Source: Candidatus Limnocylindria bacterium (GTDB taxonomy: Bacteria > Chloroflexota > Limnocylindria > QHBO01). Taken from it: a stretch of 49,223 nt of DNA. The DNA is taken from positions 1 to 49,223 of the forward strand of contig JBPCOK010000107.1 in the NCBI GenBank assembly GCA_051000335.1, given 5' to 3'. Made by a program: the position numbers and the translations under genes. The notes under the pieces are model-generated. The model was not told where the DNA came from, ran no database searches, and worked only from the letters and a program-made list of their open reading frames with translations. Of this stretch, positions 9,936 through 20,571 are shown in pieces. How positions within the stretch are numbered: the first letter of the stretch is position 1; every line of letters begins with the position of its first letter.

Positions 9936-10790
9936 ATGACGGCATCGAGAGCCCAGGGCCCGACCGGACGCCTGTACCTGGTGGCCCTACCGATCGGCAA
10001 CCCGGACGACATGACGCCTCGCGCCGTGGCAATCCTCGGTGCGGTGGCACTCGTGGCGGCCGAGGACACCCGCCACTTCGCCACGCTCGCGCGGCGTCAC
10101 GGCATTCGAGCCCGAGCCGTGAGCTACCACGATCACAACGAAGACCGGAGGTCGCGGGAGCTGCTTGCGCGGCTCGAGGCCGGGGACGATGTCGCCTTGG
10201 TTTCCGATGCCGGCACGCCGCTCGTCAGCGATCCGGGATACCGGCTGGTGCAGGCCGCGATCCGTGCGGGGATCGATGTCACGAGCCTGCCCGGGGCGTC
10301 GGCGGTCACGACGGCGCTCGCGGCGTCGGGGCTGCCGCCTCACCCGTTCCGGTTCGTGGGATTCCTGCCTCGCAGCCGGGCGGCACGGCGCACGGCCCTT
10401 GCGGCGCTGGTGGCGGATGACGCCACGCTGGTCGCCTTCGAGGCGCCGCGCCGAATCGTGGCCACCCTGGTCGATGTCCGGGAGGTGCTCGGCGATCGGC
10501 TTGCCTGCGTGGCCCGTTCGCTCACCAAGGAAGGCGAGCGGTACCAGCGAGGGCCGGTGTCGCGGCTGATCGATGAGCTGCGTGCCGAGGACGAGGTGCG
10601 CGGCGAGTGCACCCTGCTGGTGGCCGGCGCCGACGCGACCACTGGATCGATGGCCGATGCCGAGGACGATGCCACGCTCTTGTTGGCCTGTGGCGCTCCC
10701 GCGCGAGCCGTGCAGGACCTGCTGGTGCAGCGCCACGGTCTGCCGCGGCGCGAAGCGTATGCCCTGGTGCTCAGGCTGCGGGACCGATGA
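9936..10790 (+). CDS. rsmI: 16S rRNA (cytidine1402-2'-O)-methyltransferase
   Basis: LYLVALPIGNPDDMTPRAVAILGAVALVAAEDTRHFATL.. is present, along with a tetrapyrrole-methylase-fold signature (SDAGTPLVSDPGYRLV). Confidence 0.9.
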   Translation: MTASRAQGPTGRLYLVALPIGNPDDMTPRAVAILGAVALVAAEDTRHFATLARRHGIRARAVSYHDHNEDRRSRELLARLEAGDDVALVSDAGTPLVSDPGYRLVQAAIRAGIDVTSLPGASAVTTALAASGLPPHPFRFVGFLPRSRAARRTALAALVADDATLVAFEAPRRIVATLVDVREVLGDRLACVARSLTKEGERYQRGPVSRLIDELRAEDEVRGECTLLVAGADATTGSMADAEDDATLLLACGAPARAVQDLLVQRHGLPRREAYALVLRLRDR

Positions 10791-11581
10791 CCTCGGAGAT
10801 CGTGGAGCGCGTGCTTCGCTCGTCCAGATACCGCGACGTCGATCCCGCCCTGCTGGGTCGGCTGGCCGAGGAGGAGCTGGCCCGAGCACGGAACGTCGAC
10901 GACGCGGTCAAGCGCGTGAAGCGCCGCCTGCACCAGGCGGTCGGCGCATTCCGCGGCTCGCGCCGAGCGAGCCGACTCGCCGACGCCTGGAACGGCGACC
11001 TGGAGGATCCGGTGTTCCGGGACGCCTGCATCGAAGCCATGCGCGGCCATGCGTCGACTCGCGAGCGGCTGAACGCGATCGACGCGCTCTACCCGGCGAT
11101 CTGGTCCGTCACCGGCACGCCGGGGTCCGTCCTGGATCTCGGGTGCGGGCTGAACCCGCTGACGCTCCCCTGGATGGGAATCTCGCCCGTTGCGCGGTAC
11201 ACCGCCTCGGACGTCGACCGCCGTCCGCTGAGCACGGTCACCGCATTCCTCGAGCTCGTCGGCCAGGCGCATCGCATCGAGGTGCGCGATCTCGTCAGCG
11301 ATCCACCCGAGGAGCGCGCCGACGTTGCCCTCCTCCTCAAGCTCGTCACGACCCTCGACCGCCAGGACCCCGGCGCCGCCGCCCGGCTCATCGACGCGCT
11401 CGACGTTCGGCATGTGGTCCTCTCCTTTCCGCTGCGGTCGCTCGGCGGCGGAAAGCGGGGCATGGGTCGAACCTACCGAGCGCGACTGGATCGCCTGCTG
11501 GAGGCATCGGTACGGGCTCGAACGCTGACCGAGGTCCCGGTCCCCGATGAGCTGGTCGCCGTGGTGGGGCTCGATGGCTGA
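10787..11581 (+). CDS. 16S rRNA methyltransferase of the FmrO/Kgm/Sgm/Rmt/ArmA family (m7G1405-type, aminoglycoside-resistance class)
   Basis: - The start ATG 10787 overlaps the rsmI stop (ATGA).
- The N-terminus (VERVLRSSRYRDVDPALLGRLAEEELARARNVDDAVKRVKRRLHQAVGAF) closely parallels the Sgm/KgmB N-terminus as I recall it.
- It has a SAM motif (VLDLGCGLNPL).
- It has SFPLRSLGGGKRGM, compared with the family motif SFPT.SLGGRSKGM. Confidence 0.8.
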   Translation: MTSEIVERVLRSSRYRDVDPALLGRLAEEELARARNVDDAVKRVKRRLHQAVGAFRGSRRASRLADAWNGDLEDPVFRDACIEAMRGHASTRERLNAIDALYPAIWSVTGTPGSVLDLGCGLNPLTLPWMGISPVARYTASDVDRRPLSTVTAFLELVGQAHRIEVRDLVSDPPEERADVALLLKLVTTLDRQDPGAAARLIDALDVRHVVLSFPLRSLGGGKRGMGRTYRARLDRLLEASVRARTLTEVPVPDELVAVVGLDG

Positions 11582-12659
11582 GCCGATCACCACCGGTCGC
11601 GGCAGCCTTGCCGTTCCGACCTTCCTCCCGGACGCGACCCGCGCCGGCGTGCGCGGCGTGAGCAGCGAGGATCTGCGCGCGGTCGGGATCGAAGGCGTGG
11701 TCGTGAACGCATTTCACCTCCTCCGGCGCCCAGGAGCGCGCGTGGTCCAGGCCGCCGGCGGCATCCATCGGTTCATGGATTGGTCGGGTCCGATCCTGTC
11801 CGACTCGGGCGGATTCCAGGTCTGGAGCCTCATCCGGCAGGATCCCAATCGCGGCGTCATCCGCGACAACGAGGTGATCTTTCGCGAGCCGTCCACCGGG
11901 GAGAAGTGGAATCTGACCCCCGAGCGCGTGATCGGGGTGCAGTTCCAGCTTGGCTCCGACATCGTGGTGTGCCTGGACGACTGCACCGATGCCGAAGGTC
12001 CGGAGGCCGAGCAGGAGCGATCGGTCGAGCGGACCCTCCGCTGGGCACGTCGCAGCCGCGAGGAGTTCGACCGGCGGGTTGCCGAACGCCGGGCCGACGT
12101 GCCACCGCGGATCTTCGCGGTCGTCCAGGGTGGAGGGTCGGAGCGGCTGCGTCGCCAGTGCGCGACCGAGCTGGCGTCCATCGGCTTCGACGGGTACGGA
12201 TTCGGGGGATGGCCGCTGGACGCCGAGAGCGCCCTCCTGGCCGATCCGCTGCGCTGGGTCGCCGAATCATTGCCGGCCGATGCTCCGAAGCACGCGTTGG
12301 GCATCGGCCGACCCGATCACGTGGTCAGCGCCGCAGCCCTCGGCTATTCGATCTTCGACTGCGCGCTCCCCACGCGCGATGCTCGACACGGCCGGCTCTA
12401 TGCCTTCCGATCAGGGTGGCAGGACCGCCGGCCGTCGCCGGGAGACCATTTCTACCGCGCGATTCGCATCCACGACGCCGAGCACCGGGTTGCCCATGGA
12501 CCGATCGAGGACGGCTGTGACTGTCCGCTGTGCGCGCGCCACTCCGCCGCGTACCTCCACCACCTCTTCAAGGTCGGCGACCTCTCGGCCGAGCGGCTGG
12601 CCACGCTCCACAACCTTCGGTTCTACGTCAGGCTGTTCGAGCTGCTGCGAGCCGGCTAG
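11574..12659 (+). CDS. tRNA-guanine transglycosylase (TGT) family base-exchange enzyme, divergent
   Basis: - It aligns along its whole length to bacterial TGT: GPILSDSGGFQVWSL, LGSDIVVCLDDC, LRWARRSREEFD, IFDCALPTRDARHG.
- The zinc site CDCPLC..HHL..LHNL is present.
- The start is ATG 11574, an 8-nt overlap with the upstream gene; an alternative is 11547.
- The GGLAVGE pocket motif is replaced by GGWPLDA. Confidence 0.85.
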   Translation: MAEPITTGRGSLAVPTFLPDATRAGVRGVSSEDLRAVGIEGVVVNAFHLLRRPGARVVQAAGGIHRFMDWSGPILSDSGGFQVWSLIRQDPNRGVIRDNEVIFREPSTGEKWNLTPERVIGVQFQLGSDIVVCLDDCTDAEGPEAEQERSVERTLRWARRSREEFDRRVAERRADVPPRIFAVVQGGGSERLRRQCATELASIGFDGYGFGGWPLDAESALLADPLRWVAESLPADAPKHALGIGRPDHVVSAAALGYSIFDCALPTRDARHGRLYAFRSGWQDRRPSPGDHFYRAIRIHDAEHRVAHGPIEDGCDCPLCARHSAAYLHHLFKVGDLSAERLATLHNLRFYVRLFELLRAG

Positions 12660-13756
12660 GCATGCGCGGCAGCCTGCGCCGGATCCTCGCGCCCGAGGGT
12701 ATCGGGATTGACATTGCGGGCGCGTGCCATGCGCTCGGTGAGCAGCTGGAGCGAGATCGCGGCGCCGAGCAGCGCCGGGGCGGGGCCCGGGATGCGTCCG
12801 GCGCGGGGCGGGACCACGCGGCCGGCCGGCGTGAGGTCATCGTCGAGGCTTCGCGAGACCTCGGCCGAAAGGATGGCCGCCGCCGGAACCGAGAGCGACG
12901 CCGCCGCGGCCAGCAGGCGTTCGGCGCGCTGACGGACCTCGGGTATCGGCGCGGCGTCGGCGACGATGAGGATGAGCCCGGTCCAGCGGGTGGCTGCGGC
13001 GAGGTGGCCGTGGTGCAGGGTCTCGAGCTGGTAGGCGGAGGCCGGCAGATGGGCGCCCTCCGCGATCTTGAGTGCGAGCTCGCGCGCCGAGACATGGTCC
13101 GGCCCGGCGCCGGCGACCATGATTCGGTCGCATCCGGCGAGCGCCGAGGCAACCGTGGCGGCCGTATGGGGATCGATCGCGCCATCGAGCAGGGATCGGA
13201 TCCCGATGACGTCGGGCTTGCGGTCGGCCAGCCGCGCGCCTGCCGCGATGCCGACGAGGATGGGTGACAGGTAGCCGACGGTATGGCACCAGCTCTGGTC
13301 CTGCTCGTCGGTCGTGATGACGATGCGGGCCGTCTCCGCCCCCGGTGACCCGGCTCCGACGGTGATGAGGGCGGTCGCCACCCCGGCCCTCGAGGCCGCG
13401 TGCAGTGCCGCATTCGTCATCGCCGTCCCGCCCTCGTGAGAGACGCCGATGAGCAGGCCGCTGTCGGGCGGGCGGGGTAACAGCTCCAGCGCCTGGACGG
13501 CCCGTACCTCGCGACCCGAAGGCAATCCGAGGCCCTCGGTCAGCAGCTCCGCGACGGCCATCGCCGCGTGCTCCGACGTGCCGCAGCCCGTCACCATGAT
13601 CGGCTGGTGGGCGGCCACGGCTGTGCGGATGGCGTCGACGAGATCGGCGAGCGCGGGATCGGATGCGAGGCGGTGAAGCAGGCGTTCGGCGAGCGCGGGC
13701 TCGGCCGCGATCATCTCGCTCATCACGTACGGCGCGCGTCCACGGAACGCCGGCAT
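12656..13756 (-). CDS. Tandem SIS-domain sugar-phosphate isomerase/aminotransferase-like protein (GlmS C-terminal-like, no glutaminase domain)
   Basis: GCGTSEHAAMAVAELL and SHEGGTAMT motifs are present, plus a second SIS repeat (VAGAGPDHVSARELALKI). I place the start at ATG 13756, because the track start at 13900 would overlap the end of hutU by 77 nt. The N-terminus YVMSEMIAAEP resembles the M..EI.EQP start of GlmS isomerase domains. Confidence 0.7.
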   Translation of the reverse strand: MPAFRGRAPYVMSEMIAAEPALAERLLHRLASDPALADLVDAIRTAVAAHQPIMVTGCGTSEHAAMAVAELLTEGLGLPSGREVRAVQALELLPRPPDSGLLIGVSHEGGTAMTNAALHAASRAGVATALITVGAGSPGAETARIVITTDEQDQSWCHTVGYLSPILVGIAAGARLADRKPDVIGIRSLLDGAIDPHTAATVASALAGCDRIMVAGAGPDHVSARELALKIAEGAHLPASAYQLETLHHGHLAAATRWTGLILIVADAAPIPEVRQRAERLLAAAASLSVPAAAILSAEVSRSLDDDLTPAGRVVPPRAGRIPGPAPALLGAAISLQLLTERMARARNVNPDTLGREDPAQAAAHA

Positions 13757-13823
13757 CTCGGACGGGGCCCACGGATCGGGAGGTCCGGGCAGCGGCTCGT
13801 TCGCCGCACGTTGTGCCAACGCG

Positions 13824-15506
13824 TCAGCGATCGTCGGATCGCATGGGGATCCGGACCCCGCGCTCGTCAGCGACCTCGAGCGCCCGCTCGTAGCCGGCAT
13901 CGGCGTGGCGGATGACGCCCATGCCGGGATCGCTGGTCAGGACCCGCTCGAGCCGAGCCGCCGCCTCGGGGGTGCCATCGGCGACGACGACCATGCCGGC
14001 ATGGAGCGAGTAGCCGATGCCGACGCCACCGCCGTGATGGAAGCTGACCCAGGTGGCCCCGGCGGCCGTGTTCACCAGTGCGTTGAGGATCGGCCAGTCG
14101 GCGATGGCGTCGGACCCGTCGCGCATGGCCTCGGTCTCACGGTGCGGTGACGCTACCGAGCCGGCGTCGAGGTGGTCACGGCCGATGACGATCGGGGCAC
14201 TCACCTCGCCCGACGCCACGAGGTCGTTGATGGCGGCGCCGGCGCGTGCGCGTTCGCCGTAGCCAAGCCAGCAGATACGCGCCGGAAGGCCCTGGATCGG
14301 GACCTTCTCGGCGGCCAGCCGCAGCCAGCGCTGGAGCCCCTCGTCGTCGGGGAAGAGGCCGGCGAGCGCCTGGTCGATGCGCGCGATGTCCTCGGCGTCG
14401 CCGGAGAGCGCCGCGACCCGGAACGGGCCGCGGCCCTCGCAGAAGAGCGGACGGATGAAGGCGGGGACGAACCCGGGGAAGTCGAACGCATTCTCGACGC
14501 CGCCCTCACGAGCGACCTGGCGGATGTTGTTGCCGTAGTCGAAGGTGACGGCGCCTGCGGCCTGGAATGCCAGCATGGCCCGCACGTGCTCCGCCATCGA
14601 TGCGGTGCTACGTCGGATGTACTCGTCAGGATTGGCTTCCCGAATGGCGGGCGCATCGGCCGGTGAGATGCCGATCGGGACGTAGCCGCCGAGCGGGTCG
14701 TGGGCGCTCGTCTGGTCCGTGACGAGATCCGGGCGCCAGTCTCGACGCACCAGCTCCGGCAGAACCTCGGCGGCATTCCCGACAAGCGCCACGGATCGGC
14801 TCCGGCGATCGGAGCGCCAGGATTCGACCATGGCGAGGGCTGCGTCCAGGTAATAGACCACGTCGTCCACGTACCCCGCGGCGAGCCGTCGGCGGGCCCG
14901 GGATTCATCGACTTCGACGACGAGGGCCACCCCTTCGTTCATGGTCACGGCCAGCGGCTGCGCGCCACCCATGCCGCCGAGCCCGGCCGTCAGCGTCACC
15001 GTTCCCGCGAGGCTACCGCCGAAGTGCTGGCGCGCCGCCTCGGCGAAGGTCTCGTAGGTTCCCTGAATGATTCCCTGGGTTGCGATGTAGATCCACGACC
15101 CTGCCGTCATCTGGCCGTACATCGTCAGTCCGGCGCGCTCCAGCTCCCGGAACTTCTCCCAGGTTGCCCAATGCGGCACCAGGTTCGCGTTTGCGATGAG
15201 AACCCGCGGCGAGTCAGGCGTGGTGCGGAAGACGCCTACCGGCTTGCCGGACGCCACCAGGAGCGTCTCGTCGTTCTCCAGGCGTCGAAGCTCGGCGACG
15301 ATGGCATCGAACGCGTCCCAGCTGCGCGCGGCGCGGCCCGTGCCGCCGTAGACGATGAGGTGGTCCGGATCCTCGGCCACATCGGGGTCGAGATTATTCA
15401 TCAGCATCCGCAGCGCGGCTTCCTGCTGCCACCCCTTGCAGGTCAGTTCCCTGCCGCGAGGGGCGCGAACGGTGCGGGGACCGCTTCGCGGTCCGACGGC
15501 TGTCAT
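13824..15506 (-). CDS. hutU: Urocanate hydratase
   Basis: [38 protein letters not shown] and [12 protein letters not shown] are present. The start is ATG 15506, giving 560 aa; the 642-aa track ORF is an N-terminal extension. Confidence 0.95.
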   Translation of the reverse strand: MTAVGPRSGPRTVRAPRGRELTCKGWQQEAALRMLMNNLDPDVAEDPDHLIVYGGTGRAARSWDAFDAIVAELRRLENDETLLVASGKPVGVFRTTPDSPRVLIANANLVPHWATWEKFRELERAGLTMYGQMTAGSWIYIATQGIIQGTYETFAEAARQHFGGSLAGTVTLTAGLGGMGGAQPLAVTMNEGVALVVEVDESRARRRLAAGYVDDVVYYLDAALAMVESWRSDRRSRSVALVGNAAEVLPELVRRDWRPDLVTDQTSAHDPLGGYVPIGISPADAPAIREANPDEYIRRSTASMAEHVRAMLAFQAAGAVTFDYGNNIRQVAREGGVENAFDFPGFVPAFIRPLFCEGRGPFRVAALSGDAEDIARIDQALAGLFPDDEGLQRWLRLAAEKVPIQGLPARICWLGYGERARAGAAINDLVASGEVSAPIVIGRDHLDAGSVASPHRETEAMRDGSDAIADWPILNALVNTAAGATWVSFHHGGGVGIGYSLHAGMVVVADGTPEAAARLERVLTSDPGMGVIRHADAGYERALEVADERGVRIPMRSDDR

Positions 15507-15655
15507 GCGCCGATGATACGGCTCGCCGCGAGGCACCAGCGCGGTGGCGTCATGCGCGAGAGAGGAGGAACGCCGTCGCGGGCTGCGGCGCCAAGTACGA
15601 GCGTGGACCCGGCGAGCATCCCCCACAGGCCCGCCACGATCGGCTCGGGCATGCC

Positions 15656-16400
15656 TCAGTCGTCCCCGAATGGATTCGGTCGCTTGGGACCGTCGGGAGG
15701 CAGGCGGAACAGGTCGTCCGGATCGCGCTGCCGGGGGAGTGGCAGGGGCCATTCGTCGCCCTCATCGGGTTCGGCGGCGCGCAGTAGTCCGGACCATGCG
15801 TCGGCATCGGTCTCGCCGGTCAGCTCGCGCCGGTAGACCGGGTAGCGATCGTCGCCGGCCGCCCGCTCGAAGCCGGCCCCCTCGTAGGCGGACGCCGGAC
15901 CCGGTGACGGCAGCCATGGATCGGCGGACGCTTCAGGATAGGCCTCGACCGCGGTGATTCCGCGCCCGTCGAGCTCGGCGCACACTGCGTTGAGCAGCGC
16001 AACGGCGGAAGTGTGCCGGTCGGACTCGGCAGGAACGATCTGCAGGCAGGTGATCACCCAGGGAGCCGGCGAGTCCGGGAGCTGCGGATATCGCTCGCGG
16101 ATCGATTGAGCGCGGGGGTAGGCGCTCAGCGGACCGAACTGCGCGTAGCCCATCGCCTCGCCCGGATTCGACCCGGTCGCGTAGGCGAGCATGGCGTACG
16201 AGCCGGAGATCCCCTGGCCGGCGAGGAGACGCCGTCGCTTCAATGCCGCGCGGGAATCGACATCGGTGGCGTCGTCGGGCGGAGTCGCGCGGGTGCCATC
16301 GATGCGCTCCCAGTAATCACAGGTCTGGCATCGGGCTCCTGGGAGGCCCGGAGCCGGGATGTCGCCGACGTTCGATTCGTCGACGAGCTCGAACCGCAGG

Positions 16401-16408
<8 letters not shown>
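15656..16408 (-). CDS. Hypothetical protein, GNAT-acetyltransferase-like, with an acidic/Pro-rich tail
   Basis: The start ATG 16408 overlaps the hutH stop by 8 nt. It has an N-terminal CQTCDYWE motif. The segment [24 protein letters not shown] resembles the GNAT core. The family call is tentative. Confidence 0.4.
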
Positions 16409-17930
<1,522 letters not shown>

Positions 17931-17950
17931 CGGTCCCTATACTACGCACC

Positions 17951-18784
17951 GTGCGACGGCTGCCGGACCCCATGAGACGCCTCGTGGTGAGCGACGAGGC
18001 GGCGAACCGGCTCGGCGGGGCGGTGCCCAGCCCGGCGGCGGCGTTCCTGCTGGCCGTGATCGCCCTTCCCGGCCTCTTCTGGCTCGTGATGCTGAAGCGG
18101 ACGACCGTCTACACCGCTCCCGAGGAGTGGATGATGACGACCATCATCCCGGGCATTCACTCGTGGGTCGAGACGAACCTGCCTCCGGTCGAGCTGCTCG
18201 TCATTGCGATCAGCGCCCTGGGCAGCGGGTGGTTCGTGGCGTTGGCCTTCGCCGGCTTCGGGCTCCTGGCCCTTGCCAAGCAGCGCCGCGACCTCGCGCT
18301 GCTGTTCGCCCTGGGCACGCTCGCCTTCCCGATGGAGTGGGCGCTGAAGTACTTCACCTCGTCCGAGGCGATCAGCTTCACGGCGCTGCTCGGCGCCATC
18401 GTCAACGTCAACAACGTCGGTCTCGACGACATCGCCGACTTTCCGGCCGGGCACGCGCTGCGAGCCACGGTCCTGTACGGCATCGCGGCGTTCAGCGTGG
18501 CACGGCTGGCGCACGATCATCGGCAGGGCCAGGTGGCGTACGCAGTCGCCGCGGTCTTCGTCGGTGCCATCAGCGCCACCCGCATCTATCTCGGCGCCCA
18601 CTATCCGATGGACATCCTCGGCGGCCTCATGGCGGGCGCGGCGCTGCTGGCGATCCTGGTCGCGGTCCACGTCCTGAGGGTCGACGAACGCGCGCGCGCT
18701 CGGGAGTTGGCCGAGCAGGCCGAACGTGCCGCGTCGGGCCGTCGCCGCGTGGCCGTGCCCCGTCGCAGCCAGGTCGAAGGCTAG
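17951..18784 (+). CDS. PAP2-family phosphatase (membrane)
   Basis: It has several hydrophobic spans. PAP2 motifs FPAGHA and TRIYLGAHYPMDILGG are present. The start codon is GTG. Confidence 0.8.
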   Translation: MRRLPDPMRRLVVSDEAANRLGGAVPSPAAAFLLAVIALPGLFWLVMLKRTTVYTAPEEWMMTTIIPGIHSWVETNLPPVELLVIAISALGSGWFVALAFAGFGLLALAKQRRDLALLFALGTLAFPMEWALKYFTSSEAISFTALLGAIVNVNNVGLDDIADFPAGHALRATVLYGIAAFSVARLAHDHRQGQVAYAVAAVFVGAISATRIYLGAHYPMDILGGLMAGAALLAILVAVHVLRVDERARARELAEQAERAASGRRRVAVPRRSQVEG

Positions 18785-18832
18785 ACCCTGCTCGACTTCA
18801 TCGACCGCGAGGTCATCCCGTTCGTCCTCCAG

Positions 18833-19459
18833 ATGTACGACGCCGTCGGCTACGTCGGCGTCGCCTTGGCCGTCGCCCTCGAGACGATCGTGGCGCCGAT
18901 CCCCTCAGAGGTGATCCTCCCGATGGCGGGCTGGAAGGTCAGTCAGTCGGCCGCCGATGCGTCGGTGCTGGAGCCGCTGACCGGTCTGCCGTGGAACATC
19001 CAGCTGGCGGTCGTCCTGGCGACCGTGGGCAGCGTGGTGGGCGCGGTCGTCGGCTACTACATCGGCGCGTGGGGAGGCCGCCCGTTGCTCGACCGCTACG
19101 GACGATACGTCGGCATCGGCGCCAGTGACCTCGATCGTGCCGATCGCTGGTTCGAGCGCTGGGGAACGTGGGCGGTGTTCTTCGGACGCATGGTGCCGCT
19201 GGTCCGCACTTTCGTGAGCTACCCCGCCGGCATCAGCCGGATGCCGATGGGGCGGTTTCTGCTGTACAGCACGCTCGGCTCGCTGCCGTGGAACGCGGCG
19301 CTGATCTATGCGGGATTCGTGGTCGGCGAGAACTACGTCCAGATCGAGGCGGCGATCAAGCCGTACGAGTACCTGATCTACGCCGTCGTCCTCGCCATCG
19401 CGGCCGTCGTCATCATCCGATGGCAGGTGAGCAAGCGGCGGCAGGTGAACGCCAGTTGA
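18833..19459 (+). CDS. DedA-family membrane protein
   Basis: LETIVAPIPSEVILPMAG and FFGRMVPLVRTFVSYPAGISRM are typical DedA/SNARE-associated motifs. Confidence 0.85.
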   Translation: MYDAVGYVGVALAVALETIVAPIPSEVILPMAGWKVSQSAADASVLEPLTGLPWNIQLAVVLATVGSVVGAVVGYYIGAWGGRPLLDRYGRYVGIGASDLDRADRWFERWGTWAVFFGRMVPLVRTFVSYPAGISRMPMGRFLLYSTLGSLPWNAALIYAGFVVGENYVQIEAAIKPYEYLIYAVVLAIAAVVIIRWQVSKRRQVNAS

Positions 19460-19484
19460 CCCGATGATCCGCGCGTGCCACGAT
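19456..19484 (+). promoter_or_regulatory. Candidate sigma-70-type promoter for the riboswitch transcript
   Basis: TTGACC (19456..19461, overlapping the DedA stop codon), a 17-nt spacer, then CACGAT (19479..19484). It lies about 20 nt upstream of riboswitch helix P1. The -10 is weak. Confidence 0.3.
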
Positions 19485-19504
19485 CGGCGTTCGAACGAAT
19501 CCAT

Positions 19505-19661
19505 CGTCTTCGGGGCGGGGTGAAACTCCCCACCGGCGGTCGGCTCATGATCTGGGCCAGCCCGCGAACCGCATCGGCAACGCGCCGACGCGGCTGACCT
19601 GACCCCCGGCACCCGCCGGGGCAGACAGGGCCGACGGTCATAGTCCGGATGGGAGAAGACG
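19505..19661 (+). promoter_or_regulatory. FMN riboswitch (RFN element) aptamer
   Basis: - P1 is formed by CGTCTTC..GAAGACG.
- Conserved cores are present: GGGGCGGGGTGAAACTCCCCACCGGCGGT, AGCCCGCGAACC and GCCGACGGTCATAGTCCGGATGGGAGAAGACG.
- These match the RFN consensus as known from the Bacillus ribD leader. Confidence 0.9.
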
Positions 19662-19737
19662 ACCGCGCGACTCGCCGTGTCCCGGCGAGGAGCGATGGCG
19701 TGGTCCCGTGCGCGATGGCGAACCGCACGGGAGCGCC

Positions 19738-20571
19738 ATGACCGCCGCCAGCATCGACCCACGAGGTCTCGATCTCGCGATCCGCGACGTGAGCGTGCTG
19801 TTCTCCTCATCCCGCGGCGATGTCCTCGCGCTCGATGACCTCAGCCTCGACATTCCGGCGGGTTCGTTCACCGTGGTCATCGGGCCGAACGGGTGCGGGA
19901 AGAGCACGATGCTGCGTCTCGTCGCCGGGCTCCTGCCGCCGACCGGGGGATCCGTCACGGTCGGGGCGCAGGCGCCCCATCCGGGCGATGGCCGCGTCGG
20001 TCTCGCGTTCCAGCAACCCCGGCTCGTCCCGTGGCGCACGACGCTCGACAACGTCGCACTTCCTCTCGAGCTGATCGGAGTGTCGCCGAGCGATCGGCGC
20101 GCGCGCGCCGCGGATGCACTGGAGCGCGTCGGCCTGGGCGCTGTGACCCAGCTTCGGCCGCGCGAGCTGTCGGGAGGCATGGCCCAGCGCGCGGGGCTGG
20201 CCCGAGCCCTCATCAGCGATCCGCCCGTCCTCCTGCTGGACGAGCCATTCAGCGCACTGGACGCGCTGACCCGTGAGACCTTCGACGCGGAGCTTCAGCG
20301 CCTGTGGATGGACCGCCGGCGGACGGTTGTCCTCGTGACCCACAGCGTCGCCGAAGCGGTCCAGCTCGCCGACCGCGTGGTCGTCATGACGCCGCGGCCG
20401 GGTCACGTCGCCCGCATGGTGGAGGTCCCGCTGCCGCGACCCCGGGACGCGGATCTGATCGGGAACCCCACGGCGGCGGCGGTCGCGGCCGAAGTGCGGA
20501 GCGCCCTCGTCTCGGGTCACGCGAACGAGCTGCGTCCATGGGCGGGCAGCGCTGCGGAGGGCGTGGCATGA
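19738..20571 (+). CDS. ABC transporter ATP-binding protein (NitT/TauT / ThiZ-like)
   Basis: Walker A (GPNGCGKST), signature (LSGGMAQR) and Walker B (VLLLDEPFSALD) are present. The start ATG 19738 is preceded by GGGAG; the track start at GTG 19708 lies inside the riboswitch expression platform. Confidence 0.9.
   Translation: MTAASIDPRGLDLAIRDVSVLFSSSRGDVLALDDLSLDIPAGSFTVVIGPNGCGKSTMLRLVAGLLPPTGGSVTVGAQAPHPGDGRVGLAFQQPRLVPWRTTLDNVALPLELIGVSPSDRRARAADALERVGLGAVTQLRPRELSGGMAQRAGLARALISDPPVLLLDEPFSALDALTRETFDAELQRLWMDRRRTVVLVTHSVAEAVQLADRVVVMTPRPGHVARMVEVPLPRPRDADLIGNPTAAAVAAEVRSALVSGHANELRPWAGSAAEGVA

Noticed and set aside
19488-19497. Palindrome CGTTCGAACG, which looks like a tRNA T-arm or a LexA half-site.
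   Set aside because: No cloverleaf can be built around it. It lacks the GAAC-N4-GTTC spacing of the three convincing SOS boxes. It lies in the putative 5' end of the riboswitch transcript.
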